Origin: Sedimentisphaerales bacterium | GTDB lineage: Bacteria; Planctomycetota; Phycisphaerae; Sedimentisphaerales; Anaerobacaceae | Assembly: GCA_040772485.1 (NCBI GenBank) | Contig: JAXGYC010000007.1 | Span: 256,001-320,000 of the forward strand | DNA: 64,000 nt | Reading direction: 5' to 3' | Shown: one piece after another, positions 22,717-33,157 of the stretch | Layout: each line of letters opens with the position of its first letter | Numbering within the stretch: position 1 is the first letter of the stretch | The notes under the pieces: model-generated | What the model saw: the letters and a program-made list of their open reading frames with translations, nothing else | Databases searched by the model: none | What the model was told of the DNA's origin: nothing | Program-made: the position numbers and the translations under genes

Positions 22717-24095
22717 GCGTCGAGACCCTCCAGAAGGCGCGATACCTTCCGCCTGACCTTGGGCACGGTTTCTCGGAGCCGACGGGCAATCGACTCGCGC
22801 GAGGCAAATGCCGTCTCGATGGTCGCAAGGATCTCATCGGCCTGCGACGATCTCATGTCCGCGACCAGATTCTCAACGCCAACAGTCTGGAAAACCCCTT
22901 TGAACTTCTTGCTGTAGGCGACCCCGACGGCCGGGATGTGCTGCGACAGCGCGGCAATGCACGAGTGCATCCGCGTCCCAACAAAGAAATCGCACATCCC
23001 AATGATGTACTTGACCTCGCCCTGGTCGTAGGTCCCTCGCGCCACGAACAGTCTCCCCGGATACCGAACCGAGAGCCGCCCGTGCACGTCGAGACACGCG
23101 GCCAGATCATTCTCGACGTTGCCTTCGTATACGTCCGAGGGAATCACGTGCGGAACCAGCACGATCCGAACGCCTTCCTTCTGCATCAGCCGTTCCACGA
23201 TGGCGTCCACCAGCTCTTTGTACGCGACCCTCAATCCGAATTCATTGCCTCCGCGGTAGCCTCCGTAGTAGATCAGACCGCTGACATTCAGGCCAACGGT
23301 GGTCGAGGCGCCGTCTTGCGCAGCGTCCAGACCCTCCACATCGAGAGCCGCCGGCCGACGCGGCTCCAGGAGAAACGCCACGTCCGGGGCAAAGGCAATC
23401 CGGTCCTGCGCGTCGCTGTGTCCCAGCAGTTCTTTGACGAAATCCAGGCCGGCCTGATCTCTGGAGTAGATCCTCCGGCTTCGACGCAGAACGTAGCGAG
23501 CCATCGATCGCGACAACGCTCTCTTGAACGGCCCGTACGTCTGAGGAAACAGGATCAGGTCTTTGCCCAACATCAGCGGCAGCATCCGGATCAGGAACGA
23601 CTGAATGAATCGTCCCAGACCGTAGATGTCGCTGAAACTGTCGCCCCCGGTGATATCCACGAACAACCGGCTGTCGAGCAGCACTTTCAACGTGGCGTTG
23701 CGTCGGGCCAGGTATCTCTTCAGGCCGTCGAACGGAAACACCCGCAGCATGAGCACCAGGAAGAAGAGCACGCCGTAGTGGTGCGACAGAAACACGTTCC
23801 GGCAGAATCGGATCGGGACCTTCCGGATCGCCACAGTTCGGTCGGCCAGCTTCAGCCGATGGCAGCCCTCTTCCCGACTGCTCGCAAGCAGAATCACCTG
23901 CGCATCGGACCAGCGAGCCAGAATGCAGCGGACACTGCTCTCGGCCAGGGCGCTGACTCCGAGGTTGCCCGTGTCGAAGGACGCGCCCAGCAGACACACC
24001 TGTGGGCCCCGGCTCGGCGCATCGGGCTCCGACGCGGCCTCATTCGAGACCGTCTGTCGCGGTTCTTCTGACAACACCGGCTCAATCATGTCCAT
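22713..24095 (-). CDS. Polysaccharide pyruvyl transferase family protein
   Basis: GNLGVSAL, GGDSFSDIYG, PQTYGPF, YSRD, PDVAF, VGTRMHSCIAAL, AYSKKF. Confidence 0.88.
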   Translation of the reverse strand: MDMIEPVLSEEPRQTVSNEAASEPDAPSRGPQVCLLGASFDTGNLGVSALAESSVRCILARWSDAQVILLASSREEGCHRLKLADRTVAIRKVPIRFCRNVFLSHHYGVLFFLVLMLRVFPFDGLKRYLARRNATLKVLLDSRLFVDITGGDSFSDIYGLGRFIQSFLIRMLPLMLGKDLILFPQTYGPFKRALSRSMARYVLRRSRRIYSRDQAGLDFVKELLGHSDAQDRIAFAPDVAFLLEPRRPAALDVEGLDAAQDGASTTVGLNVSGLIYYGGYRGGNEFGLRVAYKELVDAIVERLMQKEGVRIVLVPHVIPSDVYEGNVENDLAACLDVHGRLSVRYPGRLFVARGTYDQGEVKYIIGMCDFFVGTRMHSCIAALSQHIPAVGVAYSKKFKGVFQTVGVENLVADMRSSQADEILATIETAFASRESIARRLRETVPKVRRKVSRLLEGLDA

Positions 24096-24177
24096 TTCTC
24101 ATCTCTGCCTGATGTTCCGAAGTGGCCCGTGTCCGAATCGGCGCACCGCTGTCGCCGGAGACACTCCCGCCGCGTTC

Positions 24178-24741
24178 TCACCGCGAGAAGACATAGTCCC
24201 TCGCGATCGAACGCAGACGCGGAGCAGCCAGATCCTTTGCGGATACGATCGGGTCTGCGACTTTCCAGTCGATCGCCAGATCCGGATCGTTATAGAGCAC
24301 CGATCGCTCGTTCTCCTTCGAATAGAGCGAGGTACACTTGTAGGAGAAGACCACCTCCTCCGAGAGCACGGAAAACCCATGCGCAAAACCCGGCGGAATC
24401 CAGAACTGCAGGCAGTTCTCATTGCTCAGCTCGACGGCCACGTGCTGGCCGAAGGTGGGAGACCCGAAGCGGACGTCCACCGCCACGTCCAAAACCCTTC
24501 CATAGAGCACCGTGGTCAACTTGCCCTGGGCGCTGGGACCGATCTGGTAGTGCAGGCCGCGCACGGTCCCCTGCCGCGAATACGAGCAGTTGTCCTGGAC
24601 GAATTCGCCGGGCAGACCCATCTGCTCGTATTTGTCCCGGCTGTAGTGCTCCAAGAAGTACCCTCTCTGGTCCCGGTACACATCGGGCTCAATCAGCAGC
24701 AGGCCCTCAATCCGTGTCTGCGACACCCGCATCTTTGTCAC
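24178..24741 (-). CDS. rfbC: dTDP-4-dehydrorhamnose 3,5-epimerase
   Basis: DQRGYFLE, FVQDN, VRGLHYQ, DVAVDVRFGSPTFG, WIPPGFAHGF, YKCT. Confidence 0.95.
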   Translation of the reverse strand: MTKMRVSQTRIEGLLLIEPDVYRDQRGYFLEHYSRDKYEQMGLPGEFVQDNCSYSRQGTVRGLHYQIGPSAQGKLTTVLYGRVLDVAVDVRFGSPTFGQHVAVELSNENCLQFWIPPGFAHGFSVLSEEVVFSYKCTSLYSKENERSVLYNDPDLAIDWKVADPIVSAKDLAAPRLRSIARDYVFSR

Positions 24742-26442
24742 CTCCCATTGGCGCTCGTGCCGCTCGACACCACGGACAGCGGCGAAGGCTTCGTCGGCCC
24801 TGTGCGGAAGCCGCGTGCGACGCTGCCCAAGACCGTCCAGATCCGCATCCGGTCATACGTATCGAACGAGTAGAACGCCAGCACCGCCAGATAGACCAGC
24901 AAGCCCGCGATCACCTACAAACCCAGCGCCGTCCAGGTCGATGGAGGGCGCAGCAGCTCCAGTCCCAGCCAGACTACAAGTGCCGCCGTCCCAGGAATCA
25001 TCCCCTGGATCAGCACGTCCTTCAACCAGCGCCGCGGGGAGACATCGACCAGACGCCATGCCAACGGCAAATTGACCGCACTGTTCGCTGCCGCCGCTAT
25101 CAGTCCCGCCCCTCCCAGCCCCAGGGCTCCCAAGTCCAGCGCTCCGACAAACACGAGAACCAGCGCCAGCCGGACCACTTGCATCGACGCAAAACGCGGC
25201 GCGATCGGCCACATCCGGTCCTTCGCATGACACAACTGAGGCAGCATCCAATGGGAGAACTCCAACGTCGTGGGCACAAGTGCAAGAACCATGACAAACG
25301 CCGTCTCGATGTACTCGGCGCCGAGGTAGAGCGTGATCAGCTCTCGGCAGTACACCATCGCCGGCAGGGTAATGCATATGATCGCCCACAGACCATAGCG
25401 ACCGCCACGCAGATACAGACGCTGCAATTGGTCGTGGCGTCCTGTGGCATGCATGGTCACCAGTTGCGGCACCAACGGGGTGGCGGCCACACTGGCCAGG
25501 GTACATAGATGCCGCGTCGGCTTCGTGGCAATGTGGTCCGACGTGATATCCCCCAGCGTGGCCAGCTTGTTCAGAAACAGCGGATCGAGCATCCTCTGAA
25601 CAGACGATGCGCAATTGATCACCAGATTCCAGCCCCCGAAGCCCATGATCTGCCGCGCGATGCTCCAGTCGATCTGCCGGGCCGAGAACCGCATGGCCGG
25701 AACGTACCGCTGCGAAACCACGACCATGACCACCGAGGAAAACCATTGGGAAGTAACCTCCGCCACCACAACCCACAGGACGCGCGTGCTGACCCCAAAC
25801 AACAGCGCGAACAGGATCGCAATCCTCACAACCTCCGCCGCGAGGCCGATCACGTTCTGCAGGACGAACCTCTGCTCGACGTAGAGCCCGAACACGAATG
25901 GCGTCAGAGGCAACCGCAGCGCCGTGCAGCACACCAGCAGCCCCAGCATGATCCGAGCGTCCCATAACCGCCCGGCGGGAATTGTCAGGATGTGCCCGAT
26001 GTGCCAGGAAAAAGTCAGGCCCGCGACAAGGCACACGACGGCCAGCCCGAGCAAAGGAACGGTCATCGTCGAGACGATGCTCGTGACTTTCTTGTCGTCT
26101 CCCATCGCATAGGCTTCGGTCACGAACCGCGCCAAACCCGCCGTGAGAAACACGCTCAGCAACGGAATGAAGACAATCACACCGACAACGAGCGGATAGA
26201 GACTGTATTCAACGTCCCCGATGCGGCGCAGGAGATACTGACTCAGCCAGATCAGCACGAACCTGGAAAGGACGTACCGCACCACCGAACTGGCGGAGTT
26301 GATCAGAAGCAATCTCTTGCTGAGCTGGACCCGCGAATTCGCCGAAATGCCTTGAACCCGTCCTCCCGTCGGTTAGAGACACCGTGGCAGTGGCATTTGG
26401 ATAGACTCCGTCCCCGTCGGCTGTTCCGACAGGCGGATTCAA
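24738..26442 (-). CDS. wzx: Wzx-type oligosaccharide flippase with an apparent frameshift near 26350 and an in-frame TAG at 24915-24917
   Basis: About 12 TM segments. The frame continues past the TAG through another TM (VIAGLLVYLAVLAFYSF) to a TGA overlapping the rfbC GTG. Confidence 0.75.
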
Positions 26443-27293
26443 ACCACTTGCAGGAATCTCGTTGATCTCGAATTCGTCGCAGCAGTCCGTGCGTCAGTTG
26501 TTCTGCGAAGCCCCAGCGGCGGCTCGGAGAACTCCCGGCGCGGGGTCGACCATCGCACCTGACCGTCCCGGTCCGGCAGAATGGCGAGAACTGAATCCGT
26601 CAGGACCGCCGCCAGCGACCGGGCCGAGTGCTCGACCGCCGAGCTGATTTGGACCTGCGCCACGTACCGCGCCGGGTCACCCGAGATGTTTGGGCGTCGA
26701 CCGAGGAAACCAGAAAACTCCCCCTCCCGAAGGGTGACCTGTCCATTCAGGACATAGAAACTCAGGACGACGACCCGGTGATAATCCGGAGCCGGCTTGT
26801 AGAACCGGTGTATCAAACACCTGACCCTTCGGCCCAAATTCGTCTCGAACTCGGATTCCGACGTTCCATCGTGGAGCCAGCCGTGAGCGGGAAAACACCT
26901 CATGGGCTGGTGGCCGAGCATCCCCGCCGGACGCGAGGAACAGTAGACCACATACGCATCGCCCCACATCCGCTGCTCCTCGTTGACGTAGCGACGACTG
27001 ATGTAGTCATCCGCGAAGTTCGTCCGCATATAGTCCTCTGTGGTACTGGGAATATCCAGCGTCTGGCCGACCCATCCGTCGACCTCTGTCGGGACCTCCG
27101 CCAGCGAAACCGGCGGCGGGATCGGCACCGGCTCTCCCAGTCGAGCCGCCCCGATGCGGTACGCAATGCCCGCTCCGACCAGCAGCAACACGACGATCCC
27201 CCCGGCACTCCACACCGATGCCGTGCCGCGTGAACGCCTCTCAGCGGACGTGTCTGGATGTCCGATTGCGACCCTGCGCCGATGGCTGTACAT
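26439..27293 (-). CDS. epsI: Exosortase-associated EpsI family protein
   Basis: N-terminal TM, LAEVPTEVDGWVG, ADDYISRRY, HQPMRCFPAHGW; same locus as the exosortase. Confidence 0.8.
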   Translation of the reverse strand: MYSHRRRVAIGHPDTSAERRSRGTASVWSAGGIVVLLLVGAGIAYRIGAARLGEPVPIPPPVSLAEVPTEVDGWVGQTLDIPSTTEDYMRTNFADDYISRRYVNEEQRMWGDAYVVYCSSRPAGMLGHQPMRCFPAHGWLHDGTSESEFETNLGRRVRCLIHRFYKPAPDYHRVVVLSFYVLNGQVTLREGEFSGFLGRRPNISGDPARYVAQVQISSAVEHSARSLAAVLTDSVLAILPDRDGQVRWSTPRREFSEPPLGLRRTTDARTAATNSRSTRFLQVV

Positions 27294-27431
27294 CTATGAG
27301 CATACCCTAAAGGTGGTACTTCGTGGTTCCCCACCGAACGTTCCACGGCTGAGTCATCCTAAAAAGATGCCGTCAGGGAAATGCAGCGCCCCCGGCTCGT
27401 CCGTGCGGAAATCAGCGATCAAGAGGCATCT

Positions 27432-27461
27432 ATTCTATAAGCCGTATCGGCTGACTGTCAA
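27432..27461 (-). promoter_or_regulatory. Putative sigma70 promoter for the EPS operon
   Basis: TTGACA-N18-TAGAAT on the minus strand upstream of epsI. Confidence 0.5.
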
Positions 27462-27818
27462 CGTGGCTCAAGCCAAAAATCGCCATTTGAGGGCCTGTCA
27501 TGCCCCCCCGAGCGGCGGCTTGCTCGTGGCCGATAAAACAAAGCCAAAAAGAACACAAACAGGCTCTTTTATCGGAACCACGATCAGTGTATCATTCTCA
27601 GGGATACCAGGCGAGTTAGCTCCGTTCCGAGGCCGGCGGCCCCCCGGGTCCGCCTCGCCGCTCGGCACCTCGCACGCCAGGAGGGCGGAATCAATTTGTC
27701 CTTGATTCGCTTTGTTCGTACCGTTTACACAAAGAGCACGTACGCACAGACTCGATAGACCGCTTCCCAGGCGAGTTGCTCGCTCGCATGGGAGGCAAAA
27801 CAGTACACGGGGGAATCT

Positions 27819-30800
27819 ATGTCTTACAGTACGCAAGTCCCATTTCCTGGCCTCCGTCGAAACGCACGTTTCGGCGCGCGGACCTGGATCGTCCTGCTGA
27901 TCCTGACAGCGGCGCCGCTGGTCACGGCCGTGGCACCCGCCAGCGCCGCCACCTATTATGTGGATGCCACCCAGGGCAATGACAGCTATCCGGGAACGGC
28001 CCAGCAACCATGGAAGACCATGGGCAAGGTTCAGAGCATGGTGGCCCCCGGTGACACGGTCCGAATCCGCACGGGAAGCTACGGCTCTCTGGCACTGACC
28101 GGCACCAGCCCATGCGGCAGTTCCTGGAGTGCCCCGATAAAGTACGTCGCAGACACGGGACAGACCCCGACATTCTCCCGCATATCTGTCACAGGCGTGA
28201 CGCGCAGTTGGTATCTGGTGTTCGACGGCCTGACGGTGGCAACCGGCCTCACACAGGACGCCATCGCCGTTCTGCTGAAGGACGCCTCGGCGGTCAAGGT
28301 CGTCAATTGCCGCATCACGGGGGGCTACGTGCATTACAAGCATGCCGGTATGCCCGCGTTCGGAGTCCGCCTTCTGTCGGACACCACAGATTATTACCAG
28401 GACGTCACCATCGACGGATGTGAAATCACTGGTTTCACCAGGGGCATCGGCCTGGGAGGATACGCCGGGACCGGGATCGTCTTCTCGGACAATACCATCT
28501 ACAATACCGGCGGCAGCGGGATCTTGCTGAATGCCGGCGGCACGCGAGAGGGCAAGACCGTCGTCGTTTCGGGCAATCACATTTACGACCAGAACCCGAC
28601 CGTCATACGCATGAACATCTACGGACAGAAGTCCGGCGACTTCCAGGCCAACGAAGTCGTGACGCAGGCGCAGACCGGAGCTTCCGGAACGGTCGTCTCG
28701 CAGTCATCTGAATACATCCAGATCCGACCGACGTCGGCGGCCGCTTTCGCGACGGGATCGGGCAGGACCATCAGCGGGCAGAGCAGCGGCAGAACGCTGG
28801 CCAGCCCCACCAAGATCGAATTCGTCGAGGGCGAGCATGGCAGCGGTTTGGAGATACGCACCCGCAACCTGATCGTCCGAAACAACATCATCCACGACAG
28901 TGGAAACACACGAGGTATCCGGTGCTATCCGGGACACTATGACGGACAGAACGGCCATCCGAGCGGCGGCTACAGCAACATGCTCATCGAGAACAATCTC
29001 GTCTATGATACGAAGAACAGCAATGCCGTGGAGTGTCCGGAGAGCGGCGAGAACTTCGTCTTCCGCAACAACACGGTGATCGGACAGAACCGGGATGGAC
29101 GAACCGGCCCCTATTACTACGAGGTCGCCCTGTACATCTCAAATGTATCGGGCGTCGACGGATCGAGCATGGTCATCGCCAACAACATTCTCGTCGGCAT
29201 CACGGGAACGCCTCCGGCCAAGGCGACGGTCAAAGGCAACGTGATGTATGTGATCGGCGACCATCAAACGGGGTGGAAGACCACCGCCAACTACCCCGGT
29301 AACATCATCATCAAGGCAGACGACGGATCGGCTCGTCCGAACTACTTCGAGGGCTCCGGCAATTTCTTCGTGGGCGGCGCGCTGTTCGACCAGTACAGCT
29401 ACATGTTCCCCAACAACAACACGCACGGCAAGAACCTGAACGAGGCGTACAAACTGGCCGCCGGCGCCGGGGCTGTCGGATTCGCCAACGCGCAGTATGT
29501 TCCCGGCACCGATCTGAATGGGAATTCGAGAAAGGCCCCGCACGATGCGGGGTGCTATGTAATCAACTCGGTCACCCCTGCCAATAGGGACTCCGTGCCT
29601 GAGCCGGACGCAACTCCGAACGACCCGCCCTCCAATCGCAGCCCCGTCCTGGCGGCGGTCGGGAACAAGTCGATCAGCGAGAACGTGCGGTTGACCTTCT
29701 CGATCAGCGCAACGGACCCGGACGGAGATTCGATCACCTACTCCGCGACCGGGCTGCCCAGCGGGGCGAGCTTCTCCAACCAGACGTTCAGTTGGACCCC
29801 TACATACGCGCAGGCGGGGACCTACCAGGTCACGTTTGTCGCCAATGACGGTCAGAGTCAGGACTCGGAAACGATCACCATCAGCGTGGTCAACGTCAAT
29901 CGGGCTCCCACGCTCAGTCAAATCGGGAACCGCTCCGTCGATGAGAACCACGCTCTGACGTTTTCCGTCTCCGCGAGCGATCCGGATGGAGATGCCATCA
30001 GCTACTCGGCCACCGGTCTGCCCTCCGGAGCGAGCTTCGGGGGCGGCAGCTTCAGTTGGACGCCTTCGTCATCTCAGGTCGGCTCGCATAATGTCACCTT
30101 TGTGGCCAGCGACGGCAACAGTCAGGCCAGTGAAACCGTGACCATTTTCGTCGTGGGTGCGAGCCCGGACGGCACGGCGCCGGTGGTGGCCCGTTGTTCG
30201 CCGGAGCCTGATGCCATTCAGGTGTCGCTGAACAATCTCGTGACTCTGCACGTGACCGACCAGGGCAGAGGCGTAAGTCCCGATTCCGTTGCGATTCGAA
30301 TCGATGGCAACACCGTCTACCAGGGCAATATAGACGTCTACCAGAGTCCGCACGGACGATGCAGTCGATCCGGCACACCGCATGACTACCGGTTCATCTA
30401 CCAGACCAGCCAGGCATTCGAGTTCGACCACACGGTCACGGTGCAGGTCAATGCGGCCGACCGCGCCGGCAACACCATGGACACCCATGCGTACTCCTTC
30501 ACCACGGAGATGCGTGCGTTCGGAAGCAATCGGACCGTCACCCGCGACGGCGGTGTGGAGGGATCGAAGAGCAGCCCGGCCACCGTCGGTGATGCGACCG
30601 GGAACGTCTGGGTGGTGTGGTGTAACGGTACGGAAGGAAGCCGGGACATCTATGTGAGCACGATGGCCGCAGGAACGCAGGCCTTTGACACACCGGCGCC
30701 CATCACCACCGCGGCTTCCGACCAGTGTCACCCTGACATCGCACAAGGCCGCGATGGAGTTCTCTATGTGGTCTGGCAGGACAAACAACGCGGTAACTGG

Positions 30801-32219
30801 GACATCTTTCTCGCGATGTCGTCGGACGGAATCACGTGGTCGCGTCCGATTCCGGTGACCAACTCAGACCACAATGAAACCAATCCGGCGGTGACCACTG
30901 ACAGCCAGTCGCCCAGCCGGGTGTACATCGCCTGGCAAGACGATCGAGACGGCCAGGCCGACATTTTCGCAATCAGCTCGACCAATGCCTTCGCCGACGC
31001 CTTGTCTTCCCGTCTGACCGGCGATCCGGCCGACCAGATCGCGCCGGACGTGGTGGTGGGTGCGGACAACGTTGCCTATGTCGTCTGGACCGATATGAGA
31101 AACGGCCAGGCCGATATCTACGGCTCTGCCTCCAACATGTCGAGCTGGGCCAATGTCCCAATCGTCAAAACGAAAAGCAAACAGACCAATCCCGTCATCG
31201 CCTACGACGGAGATTCCTCCATGCTGCACCTGCTGTGGGTGGATGATGCTCCGGGGAATGCGGATATCTATCACGCCGCTTTCAATGCCCTGCCGGCCAG
31301 CCCTGTCACCGGTTCGAGCATCATCGACGATACCTCTCGCGCCGGCCAGTCTGCCCCTGCCATCGTATGTGCAGCGGGTTCGAGGGTCTTCGCCTGCTGG
31401 CAGGACCTGCGTCATGCCCGCCGGCGTACGACGGACACCGATCTGTTCATCGCGGAGTTGGGCCCCGGCTCGGCAGGAACCAACATCTTCGTCGGGGACG
31501 ATGGCACGAATTCCGGCCAGCGTGAGCCGGCCATCGGTGTCGACAGCTACAACAACCCTTATGTCGTCTGGACGGACGCGCGGAGCTCGCGCACCGAGAT
31601 CTACAGCACGGCAACTACGTTCGTCGATCCGATTCCGCTGGATGCCAAACAGGTCGTCGCCTCGGTAGGCGCCACGATCGGTGTTGATCCGGCGGCCATT
31701 GATGAGCCGGACGACGTGTCCATCATTGTTCCGCCGGGAGCGTGTCAGTCCGACGCGAGAATCTCCATCTCCCGGATTCTGAATCCACCGGTGGCGCCGG
31801 CCGAATGCCTCGGGAGCTATGACTTCGGCCCCAGCGGTATCGACTTTGACATGCCGGTGACCGTGACGATCCCCTACCGCTTCAGCGGAGCGGGCGGCTC
31901 GGCGAAACCCTATTGGTACGATTCGCTCACCGGCGCCTTGAGCCAGAGCGGTATCACCGATATCGAGAACATCGTGATCAACGACAATCTCAGTGCTCTG
32001 CGGTTCAAGACCACACACTTCACGCCGTTTTACCTGGTGGCCTCCGATCCGGAGCCCGAAGACAGCGATGAATTCCCCGCCGGATGCTCGGTTTCTGCCA
32101 CCGGCCACGGCTCGCCGAAGGAACTGGTCGTGCCCTACTCCATCGTTGCACTCGTGATGGCCGTTCTGAGGCGACGGGACCGGAGAAGACGGCATTCTCT
32201 CGAAACGACCGAAGGATAA
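27819..32219 (+). CDS. Large secreted/surface protein: signal peptide, right-handed beta-helix, two He_PIG/cadherin-like Ig repeats, an Ig domain, a BNR-like propeller, a ZU5-like domain and a Cys-containing C-terminal sorting tail
   Basis: ASA-ATYYVDATQGNDS..GT..PWKT; NN-rich beta-helix repeats; two NRxP..ATDPDGD..TGLPSGA..FSWTP repeats; repeated YxVWxD.R.G..DIY; FGPSGIDFDMPVTVTIPY; THFTPF; GCS-linker-TM-RRRDRRRR. Confidence 0.85.
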   Translation: MSYSTQVPFPGLRRNARFGARTWIVLLILTAAPLVTAVAPASAATYYVDATQGNDSYPGTAQQPWKTMGKVQSMVAPGDTVRIRTGSYGSLALTGTSPCGSSWSAPIKYVADTGQTPTFSRISVTGVTRSWYLVFDGLTVATGLTQDAIAVLLKDASAVKVVNCRITGGYVHYKHAGMPAFGVRLLSDTTDYYQDVTIDGCEITGFTRGIGLGGYAGTGIVFSDNTIYNTGGSGILLNAGGTREGKTVVVSGNHIYDQNPTVIRMNIYGQKSGDFQANEVVTQAQTGASGTVVSQSSEYIQIRPTSAAAFATGSGRTISGQSSGRTLASPTKIEFVEGEHGSGLEIRTRNLIVRNNIIHDSGNTRGIRCYPGHYDGQNGHPSGGYSNMLIENNLVYDTKNSNAVECPESGENFVFRNNTVIGQNRDGRTGPYYYEVALYISNVSGVDGSSMVIANNILVGITGTPPAKATVKGNVMYVIGDHQTGWKTTANYPGNIIIKADDGSARPNYFEGSGNFFVGGALFDQYSYMFPNNNTHGKNLNEAYKLAAGAGAVGFANAQYVPGTDLNGNSRKAPHDAGCYVINSVTPANRDSVPEPDATPNDPPSNRSPVLAAVGNKSISENVRLTFSISATDPDGDSITYSATGLPSGASFSNQTFSWTPTYAQAGTYQVTFVANDGQSQDSETITISVVNVNRAPTLSQIGNRSVDENHALTFSVSASDPDGDAISYSATGLPSGASFGGGSFSWTPSSSQVGSHNVTFVASDGNSQASETVTIFVVGASPDGTAPVVARCSPEPDAIQVSLNNLVTLHVTDQGRGVSPDSVAIRIDGNTVYQGNIDVYQSPHGRCSRSGTPHDYRFIYQTSQAFEFDHTVTVQVNAADRAGNTMDTHAYSFTTEMRAFGSNRTVTRDGGVEGSKSSPATVGDATGNVWVVWCNGTEGSRDIYVSTMAAGTQAFDTPAPITTAASDQCHPDIAQGRDGVLYVVWQDKQRGNWDIFLAMSSDGITWSRPIPVTNSDHNETNPAVTTDSQSPSRVYIAWQDDRDGQADIFAISSTNAFADALSSRLTGDPADQIAPDVVVGADNVAYVVWTDMRNGQADIYGSASNMSSWANVPIVKTKSKQTNPVIAYDGDSSMLHLLWVDDAPGNADIYHAAFNALPASPVTGSSIIDDTSRAGQSAPAIVCAAGSRVFACWQDLRHARRRTTDTDLFIAELGPGSAGTNIFVGDDGTNSGQREPAIGVDSYNNPYVVWTDARSSRTEIYSTATTFVDPIPLDAKQVVASVGATIGVDPAAIDEPDDVSIIVPPGACQSDARISISRILNPPVAPAECLGSYDFGPSGIDFDMPVTVTIPYRFSGAGGSAKPYWYDSLTGALSQSGITDIENIVINDNLSALRFKTTHFTPFYLVASDPEPEDSDEFPAGCSVSATGHGSPKELVVPYSIVALVMAVLRRRDRRRRHSLETTEG
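29630..30160 (+). repeat. Two tandem ~88-aa Ig-like coding repeats
   Basis: NRSPVLAAVGNKSISEN..TFSISATDPDGDSITYSATGLPSGASF versus NRAPTLSQIGNRSVDEN..TFSVSASDPDGDAISYSATGLPSGASF. Confidence 0.85.
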
Positions 32220-32226
32220 CAACTGA

Positions 32227-32970
32227 ATGGATTCCTCGCGCGTACAATCCGGCCCGGCCGGCTCGATGTCCCTCGTCGAGCCGGCCGGCCCTTTTTGCGA
32301 CCATGGCATCCGGCATCCGGCTCGGCTGGCGGCCGAGACGGTCCTGGTCACCGTCGGCGTGTTCCTGGCGGCACGCCTTGTCTGCATGGGACCGGTCGCC
32401 AAGCTCCAGTGGCTCATGATTCCCGCCATTCTCGTGGCGGCGGCCTTGCTCCCCACGTGGACGGCCCGACGCCATTTCCCCCGCATCGGCCTCGATCGGA
32501 ACCATGTCCAACAGACACTATGGACTGTTGTCACGGTTTCCGTCTGTGTCCTGCCCGTCACGCTTGCCGGAATCTGGATTGCTGCACGGTTGCGTATCCC
32601 CATTCCCTTGCGGCCGGCCATCGACGGTCAAAACGGCTGGCTCGCCTGGCTGCTCCATCAACTCTTGTACGTCGCGGTCGCCGAGGAACTGTTCTTCCGC
32701 GGCTATCTCCAGGCCAACGTCATGCGGCTGCTCGCCGCCCGCCCATGGCGATCACGCACCGTTCCGCAGTCCATCGCCATCGTCGCCTCCGCAGGCTGTT
32801 TTGCGCTCGCCCACCTCTTTGTACAGGGTCGCGCCGTGGCCCTCGTGACGTTCCTGCCCGGTTTGCTGTTCGCCTGGCTCTTCGTCCGCACGCGGTCGCT
32901 GCTGGGTCCCATCCTGTTTCATGGACTGGCCAACATCAGTTATGGGATCATGGCCCTGATGCTTGCGTAG
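32227..32970 (+). CDS. CPBP (Abi/CAAX) family glutamic intramembrane protease, myxosortase/JDVT-CTERM protease-like
   Basis: VAVAEELFFRGYLQ, FALAH, FHGLAN; starts 7 nt after the surface-protein stop. Confidence 0.88.
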   Translation: MDSSRVQSGPAGSMSLVEPAGPFCDHGIRHPARLAAETVLVTVGVFLAARLVCMGPVAKLQWLMIPAILVAAALLPTWTARRHFPRIGLDRNHVQQTLWTVVTVSVCVLPVTLAGIWIAARLRIPIPLRPAIDGQNGWLAWLLHQLLYVAVAEELFFRGYLQANVMRLLAARPWRSRTVPQSIAIVASAGCFALAHLFVQGRAVALVTFLPGLLFAWLFVRTRSLLGPILFHGLANISYGIMALMLA

Positions 32971-33157
32971 CCGTACCCTCGCGACCCGGCCAGCACCTCT
33001 GCATGGGCCACCCTCGCCCGATAATACACAGCTCGCCGTTACATCGCTCGGCTTATCCGACCATCCACCGCCCTCTCACTCCTCCGTGTCAAGTGGCCGC
33101 CCTCCCAGGACGATAGAGTCAGCAGCGATCAGAGTACGTTTTTGGGAAAGATGACAG

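Noticed and set aside
24915..24917. Pyrrolysine or programmed readthrough of the wzx TAG
   Set aside because: No pyl genes in the window, other genes use TAG as a normal stop, and a flippase TM is an unlikely site. Mutation or error is simpler.
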